DNA of 64,000 nucleotides from Octopus vulgaris. Lineage: Eukaryota. The notes under the pieces are model-generated. The model saw only the letters and a program-made list of their open reading frames with translations. It had not been told where the DNA came from and did no database searches. The stretch lies in NCBI GenBank assembly GCA_951406725.2, contig OX597814.1, positions 185,194,001 through 185,258,000 on the forward strand, written 5' to 3'. Both the position numbers and the translations under genes were made by a program. Below, piece by piece: positions 12,711-26,349 of the stretch. The stretch's first letter is position 1; each line of letters starts with the position of its first letter.

Positions 12711-14554
12711 ATTTAAAAGATCTTAAAGCACATAATTTTAAGAGCCAAGCATGAATAACCTTTCGACTGATAATCTTTTAATAACTATAAATGGATAATG
12801 CATGATTGATTTTTGTTGGGTTTTTTAATCTGTTAGTTGAAACTAAAATGCATAGGTCCCGCAAATGGTGACATTGAAGCTGTTAATATTAATTTTAAAT
12901 ATCTGTATGAAATACAAGGACGGCGGACAGGAAATTTCAGAGGATTACAGTTCTGGAAAAGGAGATATAGATGAAGTGATTAGTGTAGGAGTTAGTAAGT
13001 CAGAAACGGTAAGAAAGAAGGCAAAGACAAAGAAGACAAGTTGATTAGCCCGGCCCATTCACCATATCTTTCAAATTCCGCCAAGGTCTACTTTGCCGTT
13101 CATCCTTTCGGGGTCGATAAATTAAGTTCCAGTTGCGTACTGGGGTCGATCTAATCGACTTGCCCATTCCCCTAAAATTTCGGGCCTTGTGCCTAGAGTA
13201 GAAAAGAATTAGGTGGCAAAAATATACAGCTGGAGAGTCCAGATATATAGATACCACTGTAGCAAGGATGAAGAAGCACAGAGATGAGATAATAGTAAAT
13301 CTTTGAGCAAATAGCTGAAGTATGTTGGTGATTGAAACTTTTCCGCCTAACCGCATGGCTTTATTTCAGATGAAGTCTCAACAGCAGTATTTTCCAGGTT
13401 ATGGAATTAATAACTGACTAACTTTAAAGTATTTTGTAATGGTCCGAAAGAGAAACCCTAGGTTTTGTGATACAATTTTGACAAAGTTATACGTGTAGAA
13501 TTGCTGTGAGAGATAATACAAGATCATGTGACTTTGTGTTCTTAACGATTTTGAAGTAATTAACTAAGTAGTTAATAACTAGAGAGGGTTAGGTACTATA
13601 CAGTCTCCAAGATATATGTAATGATTTAGTTTTCTCTCAGATATGTGTAGTGGTTGCGTTTTTGTTGAGTTGCTGTAAGATATCAGAACGCCATGTTCCC
13701 ATTGAAGAACGTTTTTAAGGTGTACTAGTCTGTGTATGCTTGGTAGGAAGTGTGTAGTTAACGTTAAGATAGCGCCTGTGTGAAGAAGGTTAAGAAAGAA
13801 TGAATCGGAGTATTAACTACATAGAAGCATTTTTCGATAGAAGTGGAAACCAGCAGGTCATTCATGTGCAGAAAATATAAACAGTATGGTAGGCGTTATA
13901 GAAATATGAGTTACACTAAAGTTTATTGCATGGAGGTCGAAAAGATCCCCATCGATACACGGTGCGGTCTGCTAGTTAATTATCCAAAAGCAACATATTT
14001 TCATGCTTCAAAATACAGCAATCAAATGTACACAAAGAACAAGCTTCCAGCACAAACACTCACACAGAAAACTCATCAAACACACACTTACAACTAACCC
14101 TATATGTAAGCACAAAGATACAATGTAAACACAAATAGCAGAAGAAATCAAACTTATTTACAAACGAGCGTAGGTTTTTGTGATACAGAGAGGAAAACGG
14201 AATGATAGTGTCAGAGGAAATATTCATACCTGAATGCTTATCAATTTTCCAGTCAAATGATTCACATCGCCGAGTAATAAACTAGCCAATAAATAATAAG
14301 TAGTTTCCTTTGGCCTTCAAACAGTAATTAATCACCAAATCTGCTGGGGAAACTAGAAAAATTATTTATCTATCTAAATGTATATAAAATATGTGTGTTT
14401 GTGTGGTGTATTTGAATGTGCGTTTATACATACACGCATTTACATATATACATATGCATAACAGCATAAGTATGTGTATGCGTACATATATATATATATC
14501 GGGATGGTCATTTTTTTCTGGCTAAATGTATATGTATATATGCATATATATTCT

Positions 14555-14758
14555 TTTATTCTTATATTTGTATCAGTCATTTGACTGCGACCATGCTAGA
14601 GCACCGCCTTTAGTCGAGCAAATCGACCCCAGGACTTATTCTTTGTAAGCCTAGTACTTATACTATCGGTCTCTTATGCCGAACTGCTAGGTTACGAGGA
14701 TATAAACACACCAGCATCGGTTGTCAAGCGATTTTGGGGGACAAACACAGACACACAA

Positions 14759-14795
<37 letters not shown>

Positions 14796-14816
14796 GACAA
14801 ACATACACACACACAT

Positions 14817-14872
<56 letters not shown>

Positions 14873-15034
14873 GACGGGATTCTTTCAGTTTCCGCCTACC
14901 AAATCCACTCACAAGGCTTTGGTCGGCCCGAGACTATAGTAGAAGACACTTGCCCAAGATGCCACGCAGTGGGACTCAACCCGGAACCATGTGGTTGGTA
15001 AGCAACCTACTTACCACACAGCCACTCCTGCACC
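14555..15034 (-). mobile_element. SINE family A
   Basis: Full-length reverse copy. Confidence 0.9.
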
Positions 15035-15045
15035 TAAGTGTGAGA

Positions 15046-15154
15046 TGCTCACATCACCTGGGTTTCCCAAGAGGGTTCCCATCTAAGTACTCACTAGGCT
15101 CGACGTTGCTTAACTTCTTCGACCGGACGAGAACCGGTGCTTTCAACGTGATAT
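15046..15154 (-). pseudogene. 5S rRNA pseudogene / 5S-derived fragment
   Basis: Minus strand ATATCACGTTGAAAGCACCGGTTCTCGTCCG..GAAGTTAAGCAACGTCGAGCC..GTACTTAGATGGG..TGGGAA..CAGGTG resembles metazoan 5S; first ~10 nt missing and 3' half substituted. Confidence 0.88.
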
Positions 15155-15161
15155 ACAGAGC

Positions 15162-15197
<36 letters not shown>

Positions 15198-15404
15198 TTG
15201 TGTCTGAGTGAACAATATATGTATTAGAGAACATTTGTTCATTGGAAATTGTGATTTTAGTTCCTACATACATGTATACATATCTACATAATACATATCT
15301 ATATACAGAGAACAGTGTCAGTGTGCGAATAATGTGTATACGTAAATGCATGTGCATGTATGTATATATGCATACATACACACGTATGCATATGTGTTTG
15401 CGTC

Positions 15405-15440
<36 letters not shown>

Positions 15441-15536
15441 CGAGAGAGAGTTATTAATTCGCTCCAAGAACGATAAGATCAACGGTGTTAATATTCCATT
15501 TAATCAGTTTTTAGTCAACTGGATAAAAATAAAATA

Positions 15537-15705
15537 TTGGCTGTGTGGTAAGTAGCTTGCATACCAACCACATGGTTCCGGGTTCAGTCCCACTGCGTGG
15601 AACCTTGGACAAGTGTCTTCTACGATAGCCTCGGGCCGAATAAAACGTTGTGAGTGTATCTGGTAAACGGACACTGAAAGAAGCCCTTCGGATATATGTA
15701 TATGC

Positions 15706-15744
<39 letters not shown>

Positions 15745-15950
15745 TGTCCGTGTTTGTCCCCCCAACATCGCTTCACACACCGATGCTGGTGTGTTTACGT
15801 CCCCGTATCTTAGCGGTTCGGCAAAAAAGACCGATAGAATAAGTACTAGGCTTACAAAGAATAAGTCCTGGTGTCGATTTGCTCGACTAAAGGCGGTGCT
15901 CCAGCATGGCCACAGTCAAATGACTGAAACAAGTAAAAGAGTAAAAAGAG
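15537..15950 (+). mobile_element. SINE family A
   Basis: Near full-length copy. Confidence 0.9.
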
Positions 15951-15982
<32 letters not shown>

Positions 15983-16002
15983 TATATGATTATGACCAGA
16001 AA

Positions 16003-16127
16003 TGGCTCTGATGAAAGTAGCATTAATTTTCTTTGGTCATTCAATTCTCTTCAATTGATCAATAGACCAATTGTGTAAACTTATCAGTAATGCACCAATG
16101 ATGACTACTGGAAACAACTGTAAGCCA
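16003..16127 (+). ncRNA. Type I hammerhead ribozyme-like motif with extended stem II
   Basis: UGGCU-CUGAUGA-aAGUAG...UUGGUC...CAAUU/AAUUG...GACCAA...CUACUg-GAAA-CAACUG-UA-AGCCA. Intact core, 5-bp stem I, GUA triplet. Confidence 0.75.
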
Positions 16128-16281
16128 AATTTGCTCCACCAAAGTAAAAATATATAATGACCATCATTTTAAACTTTTGACCATTAACTTCAAGACTTGC
16201 AAGCTCCTATTGGTGCCTGTCTACTCAAGTCGGTGGGATATCAAAATAAACGGAGAAGTAAAGAATAAACGGAAGTCCAAG

Positions 16282-16358
<77 letters not shown>

Positions 16359-16361
<3 letters not shown>

Positions 16362-16776
16362 GTGCAGGCGTAGCTCTGTCATAAGAAGTTTGCTTCCCAA
16401 CCACATGGTTCCTGGTTCAGTCCCACTGCGTGGCACCTTGGCCAAATGTCTTCTACTATAGCCTCGGGCCGACAAAAGCCTTGTGAGCGGATTTGGTAGA
16501 CGGAAATTGAAAAAAGCGCGTTGTATATGTATATATGTGTGTGTGTATATATATATGTGTGTGTGTGTATGTGTGTGTATGTTTGTATATGTATATATTT
16601 GTGTGTGCGTGTGTCTCTGTTTGTCCCTCCACCATCGATTGACAACCGATGCTGGCGTGTTTATGTCCCCGTAACTTAGCGAGTCGGCAAAATAGACCGA
16701 TAGTATAAGTATTAGGCTTTCAAAGAATAAGTCCAGGGGTCAATTTCATCGACTAAAACCCTTTAAACGAATAAAA

Positions 16777-16780
<4 letters not shown>
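16359..16780 (+). mobile_element. SINE family A
   Basis: Head, microsatellite and 3' part. Confidence 0.88.
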
Positions 16781-16840
<60 letters not shown>

Positions 16841-16882
16841 GTATATATATATGTATGTATGTATATATATATTTATATATAC

Positions 16883-16999
<117 letters not shown>

Positions 17000-17535
17000 T
17001 AGATATAGATATATTATAGCAAAGAAGTGCACTAGAAGGGACGACATGCAACGAAAAGTTTAAGCTCAGTAGCAAGTTTGATTTCACCATTCTAAGACCT
17101 ATTCTAAAACCCAGTGCAGTTAAACGAGTGCCAAAAAACCTCGGATAAGCTAGCGCGTGGAATTCGAGTTAATAATCCTTTCTATTATCTGCATAATGCC
17201 TGAAATTTCAGGGAAAGGGGCCAGTCGATTACATCTGGCGTACTAACTAGTCAGTCAGCTCGTCGCCCTAATGTTCATGATAAATACAGAATGTTCTTTG
17301 TATGGCTATAGGATGTATTAGGGCAAACGTCCCACCAATATTTGTACTTGTCTCTATGAAAGGTGAGGAGGTGATCCGAATGTTTTCGTTTAGTTAATTA
17401 CCTTGCGTAATGATGACGGTTGTTTTACTGAAGCACGTGCGTTTCATAAAGCCTAAAATACCAATTACGGTTTCTGTGTTTTCATTACTACACACACACA
17501 CACGCACACACACATTTAATAATAATAACAACAAC

Positions 17536-17572
<37 letters not shown>

Positions 17573-18194
17573 GAGAGTATAACTCCAAACTTACAGGGGA
17601 AAATAGTTATATGTTATATATTATAACATATATGATCTAGTTATATGTTTTAAAATATATCATATTTTATTTATGATTTGGTCTGTGTCTATCGTTGTTT
17701 GAATTGCATAATAGTGGTTTTTTCTCTAAATTATATATATATATATATCGGGTATGGTAGATGAGTTCAGATGAATATGGTACTTAAGTTGAGGCAGCAG
17801 AATTTAGTACCCTATTATCCATACAATTTCAAAGTAAGGTGATTAAAATAAAAATAAGCAACAATGCTTATTTTCATTATATATATGTATATATATATGT
17901 GTGTGTGTGTGTACATATACACACACACACATGCACACACATACACACATTCGCACACACACAACCATATATATATATATATATATATGAGAGGTTTTGG
18001 TATCCAAAAGACCCAAGGTGGCAGGTAAGGCTATGTAAGTCCTCCTGAAGGACCGTAGCTAGACTCCGTGTTCGATAATAGTATGAGTGAGGAGTCTAAC
18101 ATTGGATCGTGTGTGAGCGGGATATGTTAAATAAAATGAAACAAGAAAGCCAATGTAATGTGAAATTTCAAAGAAATTTATAAGGAGAAAGGTA

Positions 18195-18242
18195 ATCTTA
18201 CAGCTGTTTCAAGGATTTGTGGGATATTCCTTCATCACAGAC
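18195..18242 (-). ncRNA. Degenerate type I hammerhead-like motif
   Basis: Minus: GUCU-gUGAUGA-AGGA...UCCUu-GAAA-CAGCUG-UA-AGAU. C3 replaced by G; palindromic stem III. Confidence 0.55.
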
Positions 18243-18544
18243 GATATGTGTGAGTCAATATTTGGTATAACATTTTGGTAAATATCCACACAAAGTGGTT
18301 TCATGTTTACAAATTCTAACTTAGCGTTCTAACCTGAAAAGATTTTTTAATTATTGAATTATTTTTTTAATCATGAGGTGACACATTATTTCCCCAATAA
18401 AATAAAAAGGGATATTCCATATTTGAATAAGGTTTGTCCTATCTTATTTTCAGATATAGTTCACAATGGGCTTTATTATTCAATGTGATATTTGTTTCCT
18501 TAACAGTTATGTGTCAGATTTGAAGCAGATTTGGCCGCTATTTA

Positions 18545-18990
18545 TATCAGGCTGAGTAAATATAATCAACATTTTGAAACATGAAATTCATCACAATATA
18601 TTTCAACAATGTGAAAATTTTATTCATCGAAGTAAGTACCATTACAATCAGCACATTTTTGCCAACGAGTTTGTATATTCCAGTAACATAATATCTGGAG
18701 TTCTGGAGCTGATGAACTCTTTGAACGCACTTTCAGAATCGGTTTGATTTTTGAACTCCTCTCACAGGAAACCATCGCTTGAAAAAGTAGTAGTCGGTAG
18801 GAGAAAGGTCTGAGGAATAGGTTGGGTGGGGAAGTACTTCGTAGCCAAGTTCCCTCAACTTCTGGAGCGTCATTAGTGAAACGTGTGGTCGAGCATTGTC
18901 ATGAAGAATGATTGGCCCTCTTTGGTTGACCAGTCTGCGACGGAGGAGTAAGCAGTTTTTGTTCATTTTAGCAATTTCTTGGGAATACGT
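18545..18990 (-). mobile_element. mariner 3' fragment
   Basis: ORF 18733-18966: ILHDNARPH...HPTYSSDLSPTDY. Confidence 0.88.
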
Positions 18991-19504
18991 TTCCGTCGGT
19001 TAAACGTATTGCCAAAATGAACGAAAAATTGCTACTTCTCCGTATGTTACTGGTACGCGTTACAATGTGAACCGAGTTTGTGTTTATAAATGTATTTAAT
19101 AGGATTGACATCAAATCTGCATATTCTTTTGAAACCCTAATGTAAATCTTTATTTAAATGTTTTTCTTTATCTTTACTATTTGCTATTAGATTTTTAGTG
19201 TTTAACGGCTTGATTTGATGACCTCATCGTCGCTATAACTTCTCATTGACATTGCAGAGAAAGAAACAGTCTCGTACAACTAGTAAGCAAACATTTCTTA
19301 AAATCAAATAAATATCTAAAAGACAAAAGTTTGTCTAAACCTTATCCCCCACACCACCACCAATGCATGAGGGATACCGCTGAAGCTTCCGCCAGAGGCA
19401 GCTTCTTTTGCAAAATGAAAACAAAACAATTTCCGTCATCAAATGAATCGTGGTAAAACCACTCTTTCTAAGAGCAGTCGCAAGCGACCTCAGTACATTC
19501 GCAA

Positions 19505-19568
<64 letters not shown>

Positions 19569-19881
19569 CAACAATAATAATAATGGTGAGGAACTAAAAT
19601 ATTTAACATCCAGACTTTCTATAAAACTCCATATGGTTGCAATAGGCTTATATCGATATAAAAACAGGTGTACTTATTTGTTTATTTGTAAAACACCGAG
19701 GTATTTAATATGCTTGCGGTCGTATAAATAAATAAATATAAAAATAGCGAATTGGTTAAATTTCGTTGTTATTTTATTCGAATTTATATATATTTTTTTT
19801 GTATGTCGTACAACAACTCTAAAGAGAGGAAAGAAAAAATACTGCCCAAAAAGGAGTAAAGGGACAGAAAACGAATAATAG

Positions 19882-19954
<73 letters not shown>

Positions 19955-20007
19955 GGTGGTGGTGGTGGTGGTGGTGGTGGTGGTGGTGGTGGTGGTGGTG
20001 GTGGTGA

Positions 20008-20445
20008 TTGCTTTTATATGCCACAGGGGTGCCAGATGAGAGGTATATTACAAGGACAGTTTACAATTTGCGTGAGAATTTACATAAAAGATGAGGAGAA
20101 ATAAAGGGTGAAAAAGCAGTGAAATAAGACTTGTATATATACTATATAAGATATATGAACACATGAATGATGTAGTTTTCCTGATGCAGGAAAACCCCTA
20201 ACGAGAGCAAGTCAAGTAACCCCATGACATGGGCCCTTACTTAACTACTGTTCTCTTACCTACAGATGCATGCTTAGCATAGATCTATCTACTCTAACCA
20301 TTTTTTCCACGGTCACCCTTCTTTTGACAAATTCACTGGGAGAGAGCACATTTCTTTCCAGCTTTACTTTCCTTTCCAAGTGTAACCTATAAAAGTCGAT
20401 GAGGGCTTGGCCGAAGAGGGGGATGTCTTTTCTCAGTCTTTGGCA
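20008..20445 (-). mobile_element. Tx1-like LINE 3' end
   Basis: ORF 20260-20469: GQALIDFYRLHLERKVKLERNVLSPSEFVKR. Confidence 0.65.
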
Positions 20446-21170
20446 TCGAAGATATACAAGAAGTTGCATAGAAACGTGTAACAGGAAGCTTGCAGAAATG
20501 TGTTGGAAGATGTGAAAGGCGTTCCATTATAAATAATGAGAAATATTTAGAATTTATAAAAAGATCAACGCACCAATACTTATATTGAATAGATAAAATA
20601 TATACCAAAGCACAATGATTAAAACAAGATATATATATATTATATTCGTATTACTTTTTGTTTTTTGTATTTATTTTCGTGTAACCTCGTCTGTTTTTCT
20701 GTCCTTGTTTCGTATACATTCGATCCTTTTTCCAAGAAATCTAATGCTCGTAGCTTAGTTTTTCCTTGGGCAGGCCAGATCGGAGCAATCTCAAGATTAA
20801 TCAACCGAAATTGCGAGGATGATCCGGTTCTTGACTGAAGATTAGAGGCTTCGAATGACCCGTCCGTTTTTGTATCGTCTATTTGAATGTTTTGCGTTCT
20901 TGTCCCATTTTGTATTTGTATATATATATATATACATATATATACACATAATTTAAAAGTTCACTTGCATTGATCAGGGTATCGAACGTTCCTTATTAAG
21001 CAATCGCTCTACAATTTCGGTGGACAATTACAGGCCGATATACTTTTTGCCACTTATGTGGAAATTATTGACAGGAATACTCGCAGAGTCAATGTATATT
21101 CTCGCAGAAGAAGAAGGAAGAGGAGGAGGAGAAGAAGAAGAAGAAGAAGAAGAAGAAGAAGAAGAACAAT

Positions 21171-21201
<31 letters not shown>

Positions 21202-22370
21202 CACAACAGCAGCAGCTGTCCAAGAATTTAGACCTGGAGATCTCCATTTCCAGCGACTTCGAGGGCCACCTCCCAGTGGTGTCGGGTGTCAACGAAGAGC
21301 CCTCGACTAAAACAAAACGACCAAAGTTTTTTTCTTATCCCCAAGGTCTAGGGTCTCCCGCCCCTAAGCCCAAGACCATCACCTAATCACCCTTACCCGT
21401 CTTGTTGCTTAACAACAACAACAACAGCAGCAGCAGCAGCAATAAAAATAATAATTCTGTCAAATTTTGGTACTTGGCCAATAATTTTAGGAGAGAGAGT
21501 TAATCGATTACATCAACGCTGGTGCTTGACTGGTACTTTATTTTATCGACCCCGAAGAAATGAAAGGTAGAGTTGACTTCCGTGAGATTTGAATGAGATT
21601 TGAACTTAAACAGGCGGAACAAATAATGGCTGCAAAGCAGTATCATTTTTTTCCGAACCGAAGTTCTGTCAGCTCTACCAGATGTTGATTATAATGAGGA
21701 GGGGGCGGAGGGGAGGAGGAGGAGGAGATTAATGATGATGATGATGATGGTGATGACGACGACATCGGTGAGGAAACAACCGATATATAATAATAAATAC
21801 GAAAGAGGTGTTTGGATTTCATCTATTTGATTCTTGTCAAACAGACGGCTATTTTCTGCTTTGTTTTTTTTCGTGTTTGTATTTCGCTTGTCTTTTGTTG
21901 TTCTTTTTCTCGAGAGAAAATCAGAGAGAGACAGAGAAAGACAGAGAAACAAAGAGAGAGAGAGCAAGGAGGAGAGAAATCTCCTTGGAACAGCAAAGCA
22001 ACACGGAAAGGGAAAATAAACATAGTAATATATGTGGAAGACCCCCATCTATTTACTAGTTCACTTTTTAACAGTATGGCAACTAATAATAAACAGAATA
22101 TTCTATTGATTGTATTAAATCATTAAAGCATTCCTCAAAGTAAATATTTAACTTTCAACAGATGTAGCAAACCTTAGAGGAGATGTATACGGCTATTGCA
22201 ATGTCAGTGTGGCCCAGCGGATAGAATGTCAAACTTCAAAAGCCATGGGAGAAACCTTATTCCCAGATGGCAACCGCATTTAGAGTTCAAATACCTCTCC
22301 GTTCTGGCTGTTATTCATGCTCAACTGAAAAACGTGTGTTTGTGTGCGTGCGCGTGTGTGCGTGCGTATA

Positions 22371-22432
<62 letters not shown>

Positions 22433-22640
22433 TGTGTGTGTGTGTGCGTATATGTGTGTGTGTTTGTGTGCGTGTATACGTGCGTATATGTGTGAGAGAG
22501 TGTGTGTGAGTACATATCTATAATTTCCATTTTGGTGCACACGTACAACCATGTGTATCTAGTATACAAATATGAAAATGTATTGCGTATGTTTGTATAT
22601 GTATAACGCAGCAATGCGTATTAAAATGTGAATCTCTGAA

Positions 22641-23425
22641 AGCGGCGAGCTGGTAGAAACGTTAGCACGCCGGGCGAAATGCTTAGCGGTATTTCGTCTG
22701 CCGCTACATCCTGAGTTCAAATTCCGCCGGGGTCGACTTTGCCTTTCATCCTTTTAGGGTCGATTAAATAAGTACCAGTTACGCACTGGTGTCGATATAA
22801 TCGACTTAATCCGTTTTTTCTCTCTGTGTTTAGCCCCTTGTGGGTAGTAAAGAAATAGGTATTTCGTCTGCCGTTACGTTCTGAGTTCAAATTCCGCCGA
22901 GGTCGACTTTGCCTTTCATCCTTTCGGGGTTGATTAAATAAGTACCAGTTACGCACTGGGGTCGATGTAATCGACTAAATCTGTTTGCTGTCCTTGTTTG
23001 TCCCCTCTGTGTTTAGCCCCTTGTGGGTAGTAAAGAAATAGGCATTTCGTCTGCCGTTACGTTCTGAGTTCAAATTCCGCCGAGGTCGACTTTGCCTTAC
23101 ATCCTTTTGGGATCGATTAAATAAGTACCACTTACGCACTGGGGTCAATGTAATCGACTTAATCCCTTTATTTGTCCTTGTTTGTTCCCTCAATGTTTAG
23201 CCCCTTGTGTGCAATAAAGAAATAAGAAACGTTAGCACGCCGGGCAAAATGCTTCAGCGACATTTCGTCCGTCTTAACGTTCTGAGTTCGAATTCAGCCG
23301 AGGTTTAATTTGCTTGTCATCCTTTCTCAGTCTATAAAATAAGAACCACTTGAGCACTAGGGTCGATGTAATCGATTTGCTTCTCTTCCCCGAAATTTCT
23401 GGCTTTGTACCAAAATTTGAAACCG
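22641..23425 (+). mobile_element. SINE family B tandem array
   Basis: Head, three ~180-bp units and a further diverged copy. Confidence 0.9.
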
Positions 23426-23463
23426 ATATGTCTTACTATCTGCATATATGCATACATACCTAC

Positions 23464-23498
<35 letters not shown>

Positions 23499-24002
23499 AA
23501 TTTTGCTTATATATATATAAGCAAAAATGCTTGTTCTAAAACATCTCTAAGAGATCAACGCTGTAGTTGTACTGATGAGTAATATTCGTAGCCACTTTAC
23601 CATGGCTGTCCGTTCGAGCGGACTCTACTGCAATTTTTTTAACCCCCAGAGGACATCTCTTCTAGTTGGTTAACGATACACAGCTGCATCGGATAAAATT
23701 GCGAGCAGGGGAGCGAACCCCTACTACCTCATAGCGACGGGACCAGTTGACCATCGCCGAACAGCGAACCGAGAATTCCTTAGACTGACCAGTCAAGTTC
23801 GGCTATTACTGATTTAACAGATCGCTAATGTGTATACAAAAATTAATAAAATCAGTTATTTGCAATGTTATACCGTAAAGAAGAATTATAGACGTCAACT
23901 CAATGTGACTCAGGGTGTCAAAACATCTACATTGCTAGAAATAGAACTAAAATTCTCCAATGCTAAAATGCTCCAATACCTTTACGGTATAACATTGCAA
24001 AT

Positions 24003-25058
24003 ATCAGGTCATCCGATAAGTTCTGTCCGATTTTACCTTTTTTAAAATTGAATGAAATTTAATAGTATTTTAGAATGTCTAATGAAATTAAAAATTATTT
24101 TTAAGCATTTGAGTACATTTAACCAATTTAAATATAATTTTACAGAATGATAGAATTAAAATTTCTTTGATTAAAACCCTTTCTAATATGGAAATGTCCA
24201 AAGAGGATTTGAGGCACATAATGCTTTATGAGTACAAAAAAGGAAACTCTGCAGTCGAAGCGACTCGAAACATACACTCAGTTTATGGGAAATAATGCCT
24301 GAATGAAAGAACTTGCAGAAGATGGTTTGCAAAATTCAGAACGATGAAGATCGAACAGGACGTCCAGTCGAGTTTCATGATAAGCTCCTTGAGGCATTAC
24401 TTGATGAAAATCCTGCATTATCAGTAGAAGAATGGGCAATAAAGCTTAGTTTAAAACACATAACTGTTCATCATCATCTTTAACAACTGAGAAAGATTCC
24501 TAAACTTGGAAAATGGATGCCTCATGAATTGTCCGAAAGCAACCGCAAATCCCGAGTTGACATCTACTCTTCTCTCCATTCTCGCGAACTCATTATACCA
24601 TTTTTGCTTAGACTTGTGACTGGTGACGAATAATGGGTCTTCTATCGAAATGTTTAACGCCGTAAAGAGTGGTTTGGTAAAAGGGAAAAAGCTCAACCAC
24701 AACCGAGAAGGGAACTTCAAGGGAAAAAGGTTCTTCTCTCTATCTGGTGGGACTTCAAAAGAGTAATTCATTTTAATTGTTACCACCTAATGCAACAATC
24801 AATACTCAAGTCTACTGTCAGCAATTAAAGCGTTTGAACCAAGCTTTGAAGAAAAAAAGACCCGCTTCAGGGAATCGAAAAAGAGTGATGTTTCATCAGG
24901 ACAATACGCGATTCCACATTGCAAAGATCATGTCACAGAAGATCGAAGAGCTTGGTTGGGAAAAATTTCCTCATCTACTTTATTCTCCTGACCTTGCTAC
25001 CATTTGTTTCGTAGTTTACAGAATCATTTGGGGGACATAACTTTCGCAAGCCAGTAGG
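24003..25058 (+). mobile_element. mariner (DD34D) transposon, decayed transposase, right TIR missing
   Basis: Left end TA-TCAGGTCATCCGATAAGTTCTGTCCG. ATG at 24188 (MEMSKEDLRHIMLYEYKKG). Motifs WMPHEL, VTGDE, HQDNTR.H, YSPDLA. Stops and frameshifts. Confidence 0.93.
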
Positions 25059-25380
25059 AGTTTTTATTAATTTTTGTACACACGTTAACTTTTGTATACA
25101 CATTACCGATCTGCTAAATCATCTAAAAATATTTATGGTAAATACGTGTATTTTGATGGGTGAAGTAGCCAGGAATCAGCCGAACGAGCTGGCATTACTG
25201 ACGATGGCTACAGAAACAGCCGAATCTCACTGGCCAGTCTAGGGAATTATCGGTTCGGTTTTCGGGCCGACTACAGTTCCTATCAGAATATGTTATATGC
25301 TTTATAACAGTATTGTAGCATTTTAGCCCTTATTTCTAGCAATTTAGATGTCTTAACACACTTTGTTACGTTTAGCTGAC

Positions 25381-25428
<48 letters not shown>

Positions 25429-26116
25429 GGAGAGAAAGAGAGACGCGCACGCATACAAATATGCAAATATATATATATATACATATATGTATGTATGTAT
25501 ATATGTATATATACATACATATATATACATATATATATTTACAACGACGTAAATACACCAACACCGGTTGCCAAGAGGTAGTGGGAAGAATAAAAACAGA
25601 CACGTACACACACATATAGGTCAGGTTTCTTTCAGTTTCTGTCTGCCAAATCCATTCACAATGCTTTGGTCAGTCAGAGGCTATAGAAGAATACACTTCC
25701 CCACAGTTCCAAGCAGTTAGACGGAACCCAGAACCACGTTGTTGAGAAGCAAGCTTCGTACCTGTGTCAAGAGAGTCTTTTAGGAGTACCGTACATTTTT
25801 CTCTTGCTGTTTATCTATCTTTTTACTTATATTTGGTAAAAGATACCATCCTGAACGTCAGATCCTGTATCTTTCATAGGCATAATGTGTTTCGGTGACC
25901 ATTTCTTTACTTGCTGATTTTTGACTTTTTACTTTATGTTTGTACGCTTTTCAGGTACGTGCTTTCACGTGTCTCACTCCACGCAGTATTTTTCTTCGTT
26001 CCTTGTTTTGCCTCAAATTTTATTCATGTTATATGTGTGATTTTTATCTATCTATCTAGCCATTAATCAATCAACCATTCAATCTCACTCTCTCTTTTTC
26101 TCTCTATGTATGTGTG

Positions 26117-26161
<45 letters not shown>

Positions 26162-26197
26162 TAGATAGATAGATAGATAGATATATATATATAACAC

Positions 26198-26232
<35 letters not shown>

Positions 26233-26272
26233 CATATGTCCCATTTTTATATATAATTTTTATACACACATA

Positions 26273-26304
<32 letters not shown>

Positions 26305-26314
26305 TATACATATA

Positions 26315-26349
<35 letters not shown>

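Noticed and set aside
12730-14100. Possible decayed Penelope-like coding region
   Set aside because: No diagnostic motif recoverable by eye; needs a translated search.
15046-15154. Functional 5S rRNA gene
   Set aside because: 5' end missing, many substitutions, no terminator, solitary.
23565-23695. CUGAUGA with a distant CAGCUG
   Set aside because: No GAAA, UH or stem I in register.
25190-25230. CUGACGA-UGGCUACA-GAAA-CAGCCG hammerhead-like string
   Set aside because: No UH triplet and no stem I; overlaps a local repeat.
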